The notes under the pieces: generated by a model
The model's database searches: none
What the model saw: the letters and a program-made list of their open reading frames with translations, nothing else
What the model was told of the DNA's origin: nothing
Source: Candidatus Latescibacterota bacterium
GTDB taxonomy: Bacteria; Latescibacterota; UBA2968; UBA8231
Direction of reading: 5' to 3'
Length of the DNA stretch: 64,000 bases
NCBI GenBank assembly: GCA_965206595.1
Contig: OZ242214.1
Span: forward strand, 5,696,001 to 5,760,000
Position numbers and translations under genes: made by a program
In this document: positions 1 through 10,477 of the stretch, piece after piece
Layout of the letters: each line of letters starts with the position of its first letter
How positions within the stretch are numbered: position 1 is the first letter of the stretch

Positions 1-1345
1 ATGGTGGTGTCCGATTTGAGCGCGAGTGGGGGGCCTTGAGCCAGATGATAGGTCGCCATCGCCATCGCCTCCCCCCGCAGCCTGCGCTGAGGCAGCCGGG
101 CCTTCAGCTCTTCGATGGTGTTGTCCGGTTCGAGGGCGAGAAGCCGGGCTTTCAGCTCTTCGATGGTGTTGTCCGGTTCGAGGGTGAGAAGCCGGGCCTT
201 CAGCTCCACGGACCATTCGTCCGGATCCGTAGCCAGCGCTTCTCGCCAGGCTCCGTCCTGATCCGATTCCGTTGCGGCTTCGGCCATCGCCCGATTGTCC
301 CCCAGGCTGGTGTCCTCACTGCCATAGGAGGGCAGAGTCACGACCATCAGGGGACCAAGCAGTACCGCCGCCAACACGCGGGCTCGCGTGCCCATCCGGC
401 GGGCACCGCCGCCGAGTGACCTGCGGATTCTCAGCGCCAGGTCAGATTCCGCTGCTGCAAAAGCGTTCATCGTGGGGATTCTCCTTACCAAAGGATTGAA
501 GTGGGACGCACGTTCGGCGACGTGGGCAAGGCCACGCGCATAAGCTTTTCCGCGACCGGTGGCGCATACCACGAGATCGTCGCATGCCTGTTCGGCCTCC
601 CGCCGCAGCATGCGGCCGCACAGCCACACCGCAGGATGGAAGAACAATACCGCGGCGACCAGCCGGTGCAGCAGCAGCACGAGGTTGTCGCAGCGGCGCA
701 CGTGCGCCAGCTCGTGCATGAGGATCAGGGAGAGTTCGTCGGCGCGAAGCTTGTCCACGAGATCGGCCGGGAAGACGATGATCGGTCTCAGGATGCCCAG
801 GGCCATCGGCGAGCCGATAGAAGGTGAGGTCGCCACCTCCACCCTGGGATAGCAGTCGAACTCCTGACGCGCCTGGCGCAGGGCGTCGAAGAGCGGACCG
901 CCGCGCTGCACCTGTGCCTGCCGCCGCAAGCGCCAGAGGATTCCCTGGCCGATCATAATGCGCCCGATGAGCAGCGCCGCCCCTGCCATCCACAGAATCG
1001 CTCCCCAGCCGGCTGCCGTAAGTCCCACGCTGCTTGTGGCGACTATCGGAAAAGCAGCTGCATGCACAGGGGGCTCGACAGGCAGGAATGCGAGGGCTTC
1101 CCGACCGGACTCAGCGAGCGGCACCAACGGGGTGAATAGCGTGAATAGCGTAAAGGGCGAGCTGACCGCCACAGCGACGAGCGGCTTGAGCAGCACGACG
1201 ACCCACAACAAGTGGCGCAAGGCCGGCGATTTGATCGGCAGCAGGCGCCCGGCTGCCAGGACTACCAGGGCCAGCACCGCCAGCTCGATGCTCAGCTGCC
1301 CAAACCACCCGAACAGGTCACTACCCAGTCCGTTCAAAACCGCAT
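1..1345 (-). CDS. BlaR1/MecR1-like M56 family metallopeptidase (runs off the left edge of the window)
   Basis: Manual translation (absent from the ORF track because it is open at the edge): MNAVLNGLGSDLFGW..., hydrophobic N-terminal segments, SPMALGILRPIIVFP, LILMHELAHVRRCDN (HExxH), FFHPAVW, EQACDD. ATG directly follows the BlaI stop. Confidence 0.9.
94..207. repeat. 48-bp in-frame tandem repeat (about 2.4 copies) in the M56 gene
   Basis: Unit agccgggccttcagctcttcgatggtgttgtccggttcgagggcgaga at 94-141 and 142-189, partial at 190-207. Encodes ELKARLL(T/A)LEPDNTIE on the minus strand. Confidence 0.9.
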
Positions 1346-1753
1346 TCACTGTCGGCCTCCTTTCCTGCGTTCGAGGGCTCGGTCCAGCTCCTCCCGGATC
1401 GCCGCCAACTCCTCGTCAGTGAGCGACTGGCCGTCCAGCAGTTGACTGACCAGGGCCTCGGCCGAGCCGGCAAAGAACGAGTCGATCACCTCCCCCAGGG
1501 AGCGCCGCCCCATATCCTCGCGCGTGACCACCGGGCGGTAGAGGTCGGACCGGCCTTCCCGCTCCGAGACCAGAAAGCCCTTGTCGCGCAGAATGCGCAT
1601 GATGGTCAGGACCGTGTTGTAGGCCATCGGCTTGACGGTATTCAGCCGCTCCTGCACCTGCTTGACCGCCGCGGGGGACTCGTCCCACAGAACGTTCATG
1701 ATCATTGTTTCCAGCGGGGTCAGCTTCCTGTCGGGTTTCTTTCCGTTCGCCAC
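1346..1753 (-). CDS. BlaI/MecI/CopY family transcriptional repressor
   Basis: LTPLETMIMNVLW, MAYNTVLTIMRILRDKGFL, FFAGSAEALVSQLL. GAAAGGAC RBS upstream of GTG. Confidence 0.93.
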   Translation of the reverse strand: MANGKKPDRKLTPLETMIMNVLWDESPAAVKQVQERLNTVKPMAYNTVLTIMRILRDKGFLVSEREGRSDLYRPVVTREDMGRRSLGEVIDSFFAGSAEALVSQLLDGQSLTDEELAAIREELDRALERRKGGRQ

Positions 1754-1768
1754 CTGACGTGTCCTTTC

Positions 1769-1831
1769 AACTAAGAACTTAGTTTCAATGTATCTGGCGA
1801 TCCCCGGCTTGTCAACTAATTTTTTAGTTGA
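1769..1831 (-). promoter_or_regulatory. Sigma70 promoter of the blaI-like operon, flanked by two palindromic operators
   Basis: Minus strand TTGACA (1810-1815), 17-bp spacer, TACATT (1787-1792). Palindromes AACTAAGAACTTAGTT (1769-1784) and TCAACTAATTTTTTAGTTGA (1812-1831) share ACTAA-N4-TTAGT. Confidence 0.8.
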
Positions 1832-1934
1832 TCTGGGAAAAACGGGAGGGAATAGTCGGCAAATGCGGCCGACTGTGCTTCTTCGCCTGGGAAGGAACTT
1901 CAGGAGGTCAGGGGCCTGCCCGCGGGCGGGAGGA

Positions 1935-2800
1935 GGTCCAGGACGAGCCGGGCGTTGGGGCAGTGCTGCCGGATGGCGCCGATGAAGGTCTCGCTCATAT
2001 CGCAGCAGGCCCAGCGGATGCGGGCCTTCCGGAAGGCGCTGAGATGGTCCCGGAAGAACGTATCGATCGTTTCGCGGGCCTTGCCCTTGCCGATCCAGAC
2101 GACACAGGAGCGCTCCAGGTCGTAGACCAGGGTGGCGTATTTATGGCCCTTGGCGTAGGAGATCTCGTCGATGCCGAGGGTCGTCAGCGCGCGGATGCGA
2201 TGGCCTGTACGCCGGCGCTCGATGAGCCGGTGCACCTGGTCGGACAGGGTCGAAGGAGCCAGGCCCAGCAAGCGCGCGGCGGTGACCTGCGGCATCCACT
2301 GGCAGTAGGTCAGCAGCAGGTATTCGAAGCGGTAGCTGACCCGGGCCGAGGGCGCCGCCCAGGGCACCTCCTCGACGTGCCGGCCGTGGGTCGGACAGCG
2401 GATCTCTCGAGGGCGGTGGTGCAACCAGACGGTACGGCCGCAAACGCGGACGTCGCGCCAGCGGCGGGGCTCCATGACCCGTACGATCTTGCCGCGGCGC
2501 CCACACTGGGGACAGCGGCACCCATTGTTGTGGGGTTGCACCGAGACCACGACGGCCGCTTCCTCCCCGCGTCCTTCGAACCACACGTCGACAGCGCCAA
2601 ACCCCTTGAACTTGAACAGCTTGGAGACGAACTTCATAGCGGTCATAGGTCGCCTTCCCTTCCCTTTCCTGGGGAGTGCTTGATGGGGATACACCAAGCA
2701 TAGGGAACGACCTATGGCCTTGTCATGTACTCAGATGAACAGCAAGGGCTCAGGTACTTTCCGTACTTACGTTTCGGCGTTGAAAAACCTGGATAGACCC
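1935..2800 (-). mobile_element. ISL3-family element, copy 1 (3'-truncated transposase)
   Basis: Near-identical to copies at 3110 and 23600. Terminal ...TTGAAAAACCTGGATAGACCC at 2800. Protein has zf-ISL3 cysteines and GIDEISYAKG but breaks after LVLD. Confidence 0.92.
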
Positions 2801-3109
2801 CATGAAGTCTCTGAAGGGAATGAGTTTGTTACGGAAGGGGATGCCTGTCCCGCCAGATACCCTTACGGAGTCAATTCTGGACAAATCGGAAGAAGAACGG
2901 CGCGAAGCCCGTGCCGAGGGTGAAGTTGATATAGTGACTTGGTTTGAGGGCCACAGGTCAATCACCGCATGGGAAGAAATAATCGGACTCGGAGGCTATG
3001 GGCGTGTATTGACGATTCTCACATGTCCAGATCTGGTTGATGAAGTCTATTTGGAGGAGGACTATGATTCTGACGAGGTATTGGAGGAGAGTTGGACACC
3101 TCGTTTTCG
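2801..3109 (+). pseudogene. C-terminal fragment of a probable ImmA/IrrE-type metallopeptidase, trapped between two ISL3 copies
   Basis: Lower-GC fragment reading ...WFEG...EEIIGLGGYGRVLTILT...acidic tract...EESWTPRFR. Resembles ImmA/IrrE C-termini from memory; no HExxH is retained. Confidence 0.5.
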
Positions 3110-4442
3110 GGGTCTATCCGGGTTTTTCAACGCCGAAACGTAAGTACGGAAAGTACCTGAGCCCTTGCTGTTCATCTGAGTACATGACAAGGCCATAGGT
3201 CGTTCCCTATGCTTGGTGTATCCCCATCAAGCACTCCCCAGGAAAGGGAAGGGAAGGCGACCTATGACCGCTATGAAGTTCGTCTCCAAGCTGTTCAAGT
3301 TCAAGGGGTTTGGCGCTGTGGGCGTGTGGTTCGAAGGACACGGGGAGGAAGCGGCCGTCGTGGTCGCGGTGAAGCCCCACAACAATGGGTGCCGCTGTCC
3401 CCAGTGTGGGCGCCGCGGCAAGATCGTACGGATCATGGAGCCCCGCCGCTGGCGCGACGTCCGCATTTGCGGCCGTACCGTCTGGTTGTACCACCGCCCT
3501 CGAGAGATCCGCTGTCCGACCCACGGCCGGCACGTCGAGGAGGTGCCCTGGGCAGCGCCCTCGGCCCGGGTCAGCTACCGCTTCGAATACCTGCTGCTGA
3601 CCTACTGCCAGTGGATGCCGCAGGTCACCGCCGCGCGCTTGCTGGGCCTGGCTCCTTCGACCCTGTCCGACCAGGTGCACCGGCTCATCGAGCGCCGGCG
3701 TACAGGCCATCGCATCCGCGCGCTGACGACCCTCGGCATCGACGAGATCTCCTACGCCAAGGGCCATAAATACGCCACCCTGGTCTACGACCTGGAGCGC
3801 TCCTGTGTCGTCTGGATCGGCAAGGGCAAGGCCCGCGAAACGATCGATACGTTCTTCCGGGACCATCTCAGCGCCTTCCGGAAGGCCCGTATCCGCTGGG
3901 CCTGCTGCGATATGAGCGAGACCTTCATCGGCGCCATCCGCCAGCACTGCCCCAACGCCCAGCTCGTCCTGGACCGATTCCACGTCGTCAAGGCCCTCAA
4001 CGAAGCCGTCGACGAGGTGCGCAAGGAACAGTGGCGGCAAGCCTGCGGCGAGGACCGCAAGCTGCTCAAGGGCCTGCGCTGGGTGCTGCTGCATCACTCC
4101 GCCCGGCGCTCGCCAAAGGACCGGCGCACGCTCCAAACCCTGGAGAAGGCCAACCGCCGCATCTACCGCGCCTGGCGCCTGAAGGACGAGTTCGAGCACT
4201 TCTGGCGCTACAAGGCGCGCTGGGCCGCCGAACGCTTCCTCAAGAAGTGGACGACGGCGGCCCTGCGCAGCCGCCTGGAGCCCCTGCGCAGGTTCGTCAA
4301 CACGGTGCGCAAGCATGCGGCCGGCATCACGGCCTTCGTCGACACGCACCTGACCAACGCCGCCGCCGAAGGGCTCAATCGAATCATCCGCATGGTCAAG
4401 AATCGAGCCAGTGGATTTAAATCTCTGGATGCCTTTGCCGAC
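3110..4442 (+). mobile_element. ISL3-family element, copy 2 (right end cut off by an ISKra4-like element)
   Basis: Starts GGGTCTATCCGGGTTTTTCAA. Transposase matches copy 3 up to FKSLDAFAD, then diverges at 4443. Confidence 0.93.
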
Positions 4443-4449
4443 GGGTGTC

Positions 4450-5897
4450 TTAGCTGATTGTTACGGTTTCGGTGGTTGTTTTCAGGTTTTCTCGGTACTG
4501 CTGAAAGACCCGGTCAAGCGTTCCATTGTACAAGGCGCAGCGCAGGGCCAGAATGGCGTTGCTGTTTTCCTTATACCACCAAGCGCCCGACCGTTTCAGA
4601 CGAACATGGCCGATGAAGCGATGCGCCGATTCGATCGCCCCCGACCCGATCGGGTATCCCCCCTTGCGATGGCTGCCGAAATCGACTTGGTGCAGTCGCT
4701 TTTGCAGGTAGGTCAAGGCCGTGCCGATGGCCTCTCCGGCCTCTTCCGAGAGCGGCTGCATGCGCTGCAGCCCCCAGACCACGCCGGTGCCCTCGCCGCA
4801 GAACAGGCAAAGCCAAGGTCGCTTCCAGCCAATGGGCAGCACGCGCCGCATCGGCGCCGTATTGGGCCTCGGCCACCGCGTGCAGGTAGCGGCTGCAATG
4901 GGAGTAGTCGAGGATCTGACGGGCGCCGGGGAACAGCTCTTCCACCCCCTTCCAGATCCACGGAGCGCCATCTCCGATGGCACACAAGCGCACCTGATCC
5001 TCCGGGATCAGCCCCGCCTCCTTGACCTGGCGCAAGGCCGCGCCGAAGGCCTGTTCGTTGCCCATCTGGTGCCAGGAGATCAGCTGCTCGATGCGCTCAT
5101 CGTCTATCAGGTAGAAGCGAAAGCCCTTGGCTTCGTGGTATTCCCCCTGCCAACGCCTTCGCCGAGACCGGCTCTTCTTGCGTCCGGGACGGGTGCCTTT
5201 GGCGGTCTGGGGACGACGGGGCACGTCGGCCTTAGTCGATGGCCAACACCACGATGGGCCGCCACTTGCGACCGGCGGCGGCGTGCGCAATGCGATCCTG
5301 GATGTCGGCCGCGTCCGGACACACCTGCAGCACGTCCAACGACCCGGTCTGTTGCAGCACCTCGTGAATCACACAATCGCTCATCGACGCGTCGGTGAGC
5401 TCGTCCAACAGTTCGGCGGCGCGCCGGTGGGGCATCTCCAGCCCCAGCTTGACCCCGGCCTGCTGCACGTCCCACTGCTTGCGCTGCGCCGACAGACCGA
5501 GAGCTTCGTCCAGCGGATAGAACCCGTGGTGACAGCCAACGCAGTAGAAATAGGGACGCTCCAAGGTCACCGGCCCGAGCAGCGTCTCCTGCGTGCGCGA
5601 GCGAGACGGGCGCGCTCGCAGCAGGCCTTTGCACTTGGGGCAGGCCGCCTCTTCCTGGGCCAGGAAATGGCCGTGGCGGCGTTCGACGAAGGCTTCCACC
5701 AAGGCCGCGGGGAGCCCGGAGCGCTCTTGAGACATCGCCGCGGTGATCTCCATCAACGTCGGCGCACAAGATCCGCGCGCGCTCATTTGCGCCTCCACCC
5801 GATCCAGCCATTGGTCCAAGGCTTCATGCGCCCGGCTTCGAAAGCGGTCCTGACTCTGCCGCTCCTGAAAAACTTCCAGAGAGAGAATCGCACTCAT
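4450..5897 (-). pseudogene. ISKra4/UPF0236-like transposase split into three frames
   Basis: Fragments TLLGPVTLERPYFYC..YPLDEALGL, AIGDGAPWIW..ILDYSH and GYPIGSGAIESAHR..RLKRSGAWW. Disruptions near 5232 and about 4810. Confidence 0.85.
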
Positions 5898-6014
5898 CGC
5901 TCCCCTTCTTTCTGAAATCAGGGGAGCGCGCCGCAGGGGATGCGGCAAAAGAAAGCAACTTACTGTAAAATATACACATACGCCACCTGAATTGCGCTAT
6001 GACAATTACTTAAG

Positions 6015-7874
6015 CCTTTGTTATTCATTCAACCCGCGCATAAGCGGACATAGGCGCTTCCGAGACCCCTTTGCTTAGCCTCAGAGGCTTGCGTCCCTTC
6101 TATAGTCGGCTTTTTGGGTAGAGCCGTCTCCTTATCTCTACCGACCTTGTTGAAATTGTACACGCCTTCTCGAAGACGCTTGCCTTTGCGAGCCCATCAT
6201 CCCGACCGACCCGGCCTGCGCTTACGCCATCGCCGCGTCCACCGGTTTGAGCGTGGCCAGAAATCTCCACAGACGATCCCAGGCAGCCGCCGTCCCTTGG
6301 GTCAGGATGACGCCCACCCTGCGCCCATGCAAGGTGACGCGGGACGGCAGGCGCAGGTAGCGCCGTCGAAAACTGTCCAGGCTCAGGGCCGTCGTCGAGC
6401 GTCCGTATGTGCGGGGCCGCCCGCGTCGGGCCTCGGCGCGTTCGGCGGCCTGGCGGCCCAGGTGAAGCAGGTTGTAGGCCAGCAGGTTCAAGGTCAGAAG
6501 CGCCTGGTTGGCAGCGAAGGCATCCCGGGACGGGGTGCGCTGACGCGGCTCTCGACCCCGGTAGTGTTGCTTGCGACGGGTGGTAGAGGAGAGCTGAGGC
6601 TGGAGGGTGGAGCTCAACTCGCCGAGCATGCGCTCGAAAAGGCCGCGCTGACGATAAAAGGCGACCAGGTCGCGGCCGCTCATCGTCTGGGGACTCTGGT
6701 CGGTGATCAGGAAGAAGTGGCGGGCGATGGGCAGCTCTTCCGTCTCGGAAGGGACCAGGACCAACACCACCCGCCGGGGCTGCGCCCAGGACCTGGCTTG
6801 ATAGCGCAGCTCGCGACAGCGAAAACCCTCTTCCCGCAGCTCTTCCGGGTGCTGCGCCAGCTCCTGCTGATAGCCTTCCACCCAGGCACGAGCCAGCTCC
6901 TCCAGGCGCGCATTCTTCTTGATGCGCGCCACGTACGAGGTGTCGGCCCGCGCTTCCAGCTCACTCAGGAAAGACCCGCTCACCGAGGCCGCGTCGAAGC
7001 GCAGGATGAGGCGCCGGGCCAGATGCGACTGAATCCAGTCCAAGCGCTTGCCGAGAGCCTCTGAGGCGCCCTCATGGGCGTGCACGTTGCCCGGCCGCAG
7101 CACGGCACCGAAGAAATCGCCCGTCTGCGCCGAGCCGAGGAGCAGGGGATGGTACCCCGAGGCGTGGAAGTAGCCGTTGTATTCGACCCCCGCCTGGTGC
7201 CCGTGCGCCGGCATCGGCAGGGCATCCATGTCGACGGCCAACTCCTCGTATTTCATCCGTCCTTCCAGCAGCCGGCAACGAGACCGGGCGCTGCGCAGGA
7301 CGGCTTCCTCCAACACCTCGCGGTTATAGGCAGTCGAGGCTTGCTCGAGCAGGCGCGACAGCGTCGGCTGACTGGCCAGTCCCTGCGGCCGGTCTTCGTC
7401 GCCGCTGCGCAACGGCGCCTGCCCTTTGCGATCGCTGACCGCCAGACGCAGGATCGGATCTTGGCGCAACGCGTCGGCGTCGGCGGCGTGGGTCCAGCCC
7501 TGTGCCAGCAGCACGATCTGTGTGCGCAGCAGCTCCGGCAGCGGGTGCGTGATCTGGTCTTGGGTACGGAGATCCTCGAAGTGGGCGTCGAGCCAATCCA
7601 GAACCCGGCTGTGTTCGAGCAGTTGACGCAACATCAGCGCACCGGTGTCGCTGCCAAGGTGGGTGGGGCGGGCTTCGATGTGGATGGAGCGGTTGAAAGA
7701 CGGCTGAATCGGCCCGGCTTGCTCGGACTCGGTGTGTGACGGTAATTCACCCATTGGGTGTCCTACTGTGTGATGGGTTCAAAGGGCGATACTGCCTTGT
7801 GTTTCCCTCTGAAATCTAAGCATGGGAGGCACCCAGTACAGCCCTCTCCACTAAAATTCCATGAATAACAAGGG
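6015..7874 (-). mobile_element. IS1380-family element
   Basis: Inverted repeats CCTTTGTTATTCAT (6015-6028) and ATGAATAACAAGGG (7861-7874), 13/14 match, enclosing the transposase ORF. Confidence 0.85.
6222..7754 (-). CDS. IS1380-family DDE transposase
   Basis: SDTGALMLR, DADALRQDP, LASQPTLSRL, YNGYFH..YHPL, LRPGNVH, FYRQRG motifs. Confidence 0.92.
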   Translation of the reverse strand: MGELPSHTESEQAGPIQPSFNRSIHIEARPTHLGSDTGALMLRQLLEHSRVLDWLDAHFEDLRTQDQITHPLPELLRTQIVLLAQGWTHAADADALRQDPILRLAVSDRKGQAPLRSGDEDRPQGLASQPTLSRLLEQASTAYNREVLEEAVLRSARSRCRLLEGRMKYEELAVDMDALPMPAHGHQAGVEYNGYFHASGYHPLLLGSAQTGDFFGAVLRPGNVHAHEGASEALGKRLDWIQSHLARRLILRFDAASVSGSFLSELEARADTSYVARIKKNARLEELARAWVEGYQQELAQHPEELREEGFRCRELRYQARSWAQPRRVVLVLVPSETEELPIARHFFLITDQSPQTMSGRDLVAFYRQRGLFERMLGELSSTLQPQLSSTTRRKQHYRGREPRQRTPSRDAFAANQALLTLNLLAYNLLHLGRQAAERAEARRGRPRTYGRSTTALSLDSFRRRYLRLPSRVTLHGRRVGVILTQGTAAAWDRLWRFLATLKPVDAAMA

Positions 7875-7939
7875 GTCATACCAGGTAGATGGGTGGAGGA
7901 ATCATGGATTGGATTGTTAAGCGAACGGAAATGCATCGG

Positions 7940-10435
7940 TCATTCAGTAACGGCACTGCCAGGTTGCTTTTCTAGTGCAGAAATCCAATCTGCATATTCT
8001 GCTTTCAGCTTGGGATCCAATTGAAACGCGGTCCGGAAATGGTGCAACGCCTTTGTGGGCTGTTGCAGAAACTTGGCAGTGATCTGTCCCAGGTTCGTGT
8101 GCACGCGGGTTTGATCGGCGTCAAGCTGCAACGATTGTTGGAAATACTTCACCGCCTGTTCGTACTCCTTCCCCTCGACGGCGATCTTTCCCAGGCGATT
8201 AAAGGCCGGGGGCAGGGGTTGAATCTCGATGGACAGCAACAACACTTCCGCGGCTTCTTTCTTTTGGCCGCGATCATACAGCCTGTCCGCGAGCAAATAG
8301 TAGTAGCGGGACATCAGCCCCGCTTCACCGGGGTAGGAGGAGGAAATTTGCCGAACCCCTGATTTGAGAATGGTAACTGCAAGGCCGGGAAGGCCCAATT
8401 CAAAGAAACTCATACTTCCCGCCCAGAGAACCAAAGGGGGACTCTGGCCAGTATGGGGTACAGTGACTACCCCCTGGTTCGACCGACCCATTCGGCGATA
8501 TATCTCGGCCTCCATGAGAGGCGCGATTTTCGACTGGGGAAGTTGGCTTGTCGCTCGCGCCGTGGCCTGCAGACACTCGTTGAGGTTTCCGGTCTGAAGG
8601 GCGGAGCTTGCGGCCTCCAGCAGAGGGTCGGGGCAATAGGGGTTTACACGGACCCGTTTCCTCAGGCGCTCCAGGCCCTGTTCGAAGGCACCCTTGTCTT
8701 TCTTTTGGAAGATCATGACGGTTGGGTGATCATAGCCGGTAAACGACGGTTCGCTTCCGTCATCCTTGAACTTCATGGCGCCGAGGGAGGGATAGTTTCT
8801 GAAACGCTGGACCAGATCAAAGCCAAGCTCACCCTCTACCAACGCCCAGTAGAAAGCCGAACCGCCCGGAACAAGGTCGGGGGCGGCCGTGAACTGCTGG
8901 TAGCGATTGACGTCGGTTATAACGAGATAATCCAGATCGTTCACCTTTTCCTGGAGCCAATCGAGTTCCGCATTGCATGTGGCGTAACCCCGAATGTTAA
9001 AAAGAGTGACTGCCTGAATTACACGAACGTGATGTTTTCCGGAAGCGATCATTCGCTGCATCGAGAACCCACCCCGCTCGACGCCAATCCGGCTTCTGGC
9101 GGGGATATTCCCGTCAATCCAACGAGCGGCCTGTATGCGGCTGTCCTCCCGGGTGTAGAGGCCGGCAAATGCAACGCCGTACACAGCGCTGTACACAAGC
9201 ACCCCTGCGCACACTCCGACGGCGAGCTTGCGAACTCGGGGAAAGCGGTGGGACCGGACTATCCTGAGGCAGAGATCTCCTGCCAGAAGGGCCATGAACG
9301 GAAGCAGCGGCAGAAGATACCGAATAGGCTTGGTGTGGAGTCCCCCAATCACGGCAAAATAAAAACCGATCCAAAGCAGAATCAGACTTTTGTTGAGGTC
9401 CAGCTTCCAGAGGCCGTAGAATATCCCAAGGGCAAAGAGAATTGTAAGGGGCCAGCCGACGCCCAGCGGCAAAAGATGGCTCCAGTGATACAGGTAGGGG
9501 ACGGTGTGCACGTCCCATAGACTCCAGGGTTTGAGGAGTTCCCCGCGAGCCACTTTCATCGAATACCCCAGATCGCTGGGCGAGCCGACCTGGAAAAACA
9601 GTTCCCAGTTGGTCAGAAGAAAAGGCTGAAGAGCGAGCAGGCAGAGGACCGCGGCCATGCCCGATATCCAGAGTGGAAGGCTCAGGACTGCTTTGAGTTG
9701 GCGGTCGCGGACGACAAGGCCTGCGAGCAGCAGGAGTCCCACCGCCAGGCCGATCATGCGCACGGCGCCGCTGAGTCCTGCCAGTGCCCCCGCCAGTATG
9801 AACCATCGCAGGTTGTCCTTCTCCAGTGCATTCAACAAGGAGTAAACAGCCGCCAGAACCAGCAGGGTGAACAACCCGTCGACGGTATAGAAATGGGCGA
9901 GCTGAACCGCCAGGGGGGCTATGGCGACAATGAAGACAGCGAGCAGTCCAGTCAGCTCCCCGAACCACCGGGCCCCGAGCAACCAGACCAGGTACAGGGT
10001 CAGACAGGAGATCAGTACAGCCAGAAGGCGTGCGGTGATATATACATACCGGACATCATCCGGAGATTCCTGGTTCTTGAAGTCGATGCCCAGGACGATC
10101 CGTTTGAATTCCAGGACCCCCCGCAAAAGGTAGACCGGGAGCGTGCCGTAGCTGGTGAGCCCGGGAGCCAAGGGGTCGATGGGACCCAGGGCCGCCTTGA
10201 TGAGGGTGGTCTCGTCCGGATGGAAATGGTAGAACGCCCTGCTTCCTTCCGATTGGCTTTTTCCCGACACCACGAAGGTGCTGTCTCCCCTGGTCAACCC
10301 CCCGAAGCGAAGGGAGAAGCCCGCAACGAGACATGCAATCAAACAAAGGGTGGTGAGCCTGATCCTGTTTGGCGCGTGCACGGTTACCGGAAAAGCAAGC
10401 CCACCAGGTTGAGGCCAGCCGGGGGAGGGATCCAT
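7940..10435 (-). CDS. Membrane GT-C (PMT-like) glycosyltransferase with C-terminal TPRs; start uncertain
   Basis: FHPDE loop, AHFYTVD, RYLLPLLP, many TM segments, SFTGYDHP, TPR-like helices (AFNRLG..YEQAVKYFQQSLQLD). Confidence 0.8.
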   Translation of the reverse strand: MDPSPGWPQPGGLAFPVTVHAPNRIRLTTLCLIACLVAGFSLRFGGLTRGDSTFVVSGKSQSEGSRAFYHFHPDETTLIKAALGPIDPLAPGLTSYGTLPVYLLRGVLEFKRIVLGIDFKNQESPDDVRYVYITARLLAVLISCLTLYLVWLLGARWFGELTGLLAVFIVAIAPLAVQLAHFYTVDGLFTLLVLAAVYSLLNALEKDNLRWFILAGALAGLSGAVRMIGLAVGLLLLAGLVVRDRQLKAVLSLPLWISGMAAVLCLLALQPFLLTNWELFFQVGSPSDLGYSMKVARGELLKPWSLWDVHTVPYLYHWSHLLPLGVGWPLTILFALGIFYGLWKLDLNKSLILLWIGFYFAVIGGLHTKPIRYLLPLLPFMALLAGDLCLRIVRSHRFPRVRKLAVGVCAGVLVYSAVYGVAFAGLYTREDSRIQAARWIDGNIPARSRIGVERGGFSMQRMIASGKHHVRVIQAVTLFNIRGYATCNAELDWLQEKVNDLDYLVITDVNRYQQFTAAPDLVPGGSAFYWALVEGELGFDLVQRFRNYPSLGAMKFKDDGSEPSFTGYDHPTVMIFQKKDKGAFEQGLERLRKRVRVNPYCPDPLLEAASSALQTGNLNECLQATARATSQLPQSKIAPLMEAEIYRRMGRSNQGVVTVPHTGQSPPLVLWAGSMSFFELGLPGLAVTILKSGVRQISSSYPGEAGLMSRYYYLLADRLYDRGQKKEAAEVLLLSIEIQPLPPAFNRLGKIAVEGKEYEQAVKYFQQSLQLDADQTRVHTNLGQITAKFLQQPTKALHHFRTAFQLDPKLKAEYADWISALEKQPGSAVTE

Positions 10436-10477
10436 CGATTGCTTCGTCTGATTGTCGATGGGAAGCGGCCGGCCGCC

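Noticed and set aside
94-207. 48-bp repeats as a CRISPR array
   Set aside because: The units are contiguous with no unique spacers, lie in frame within a CDS, and no cas genes are present.
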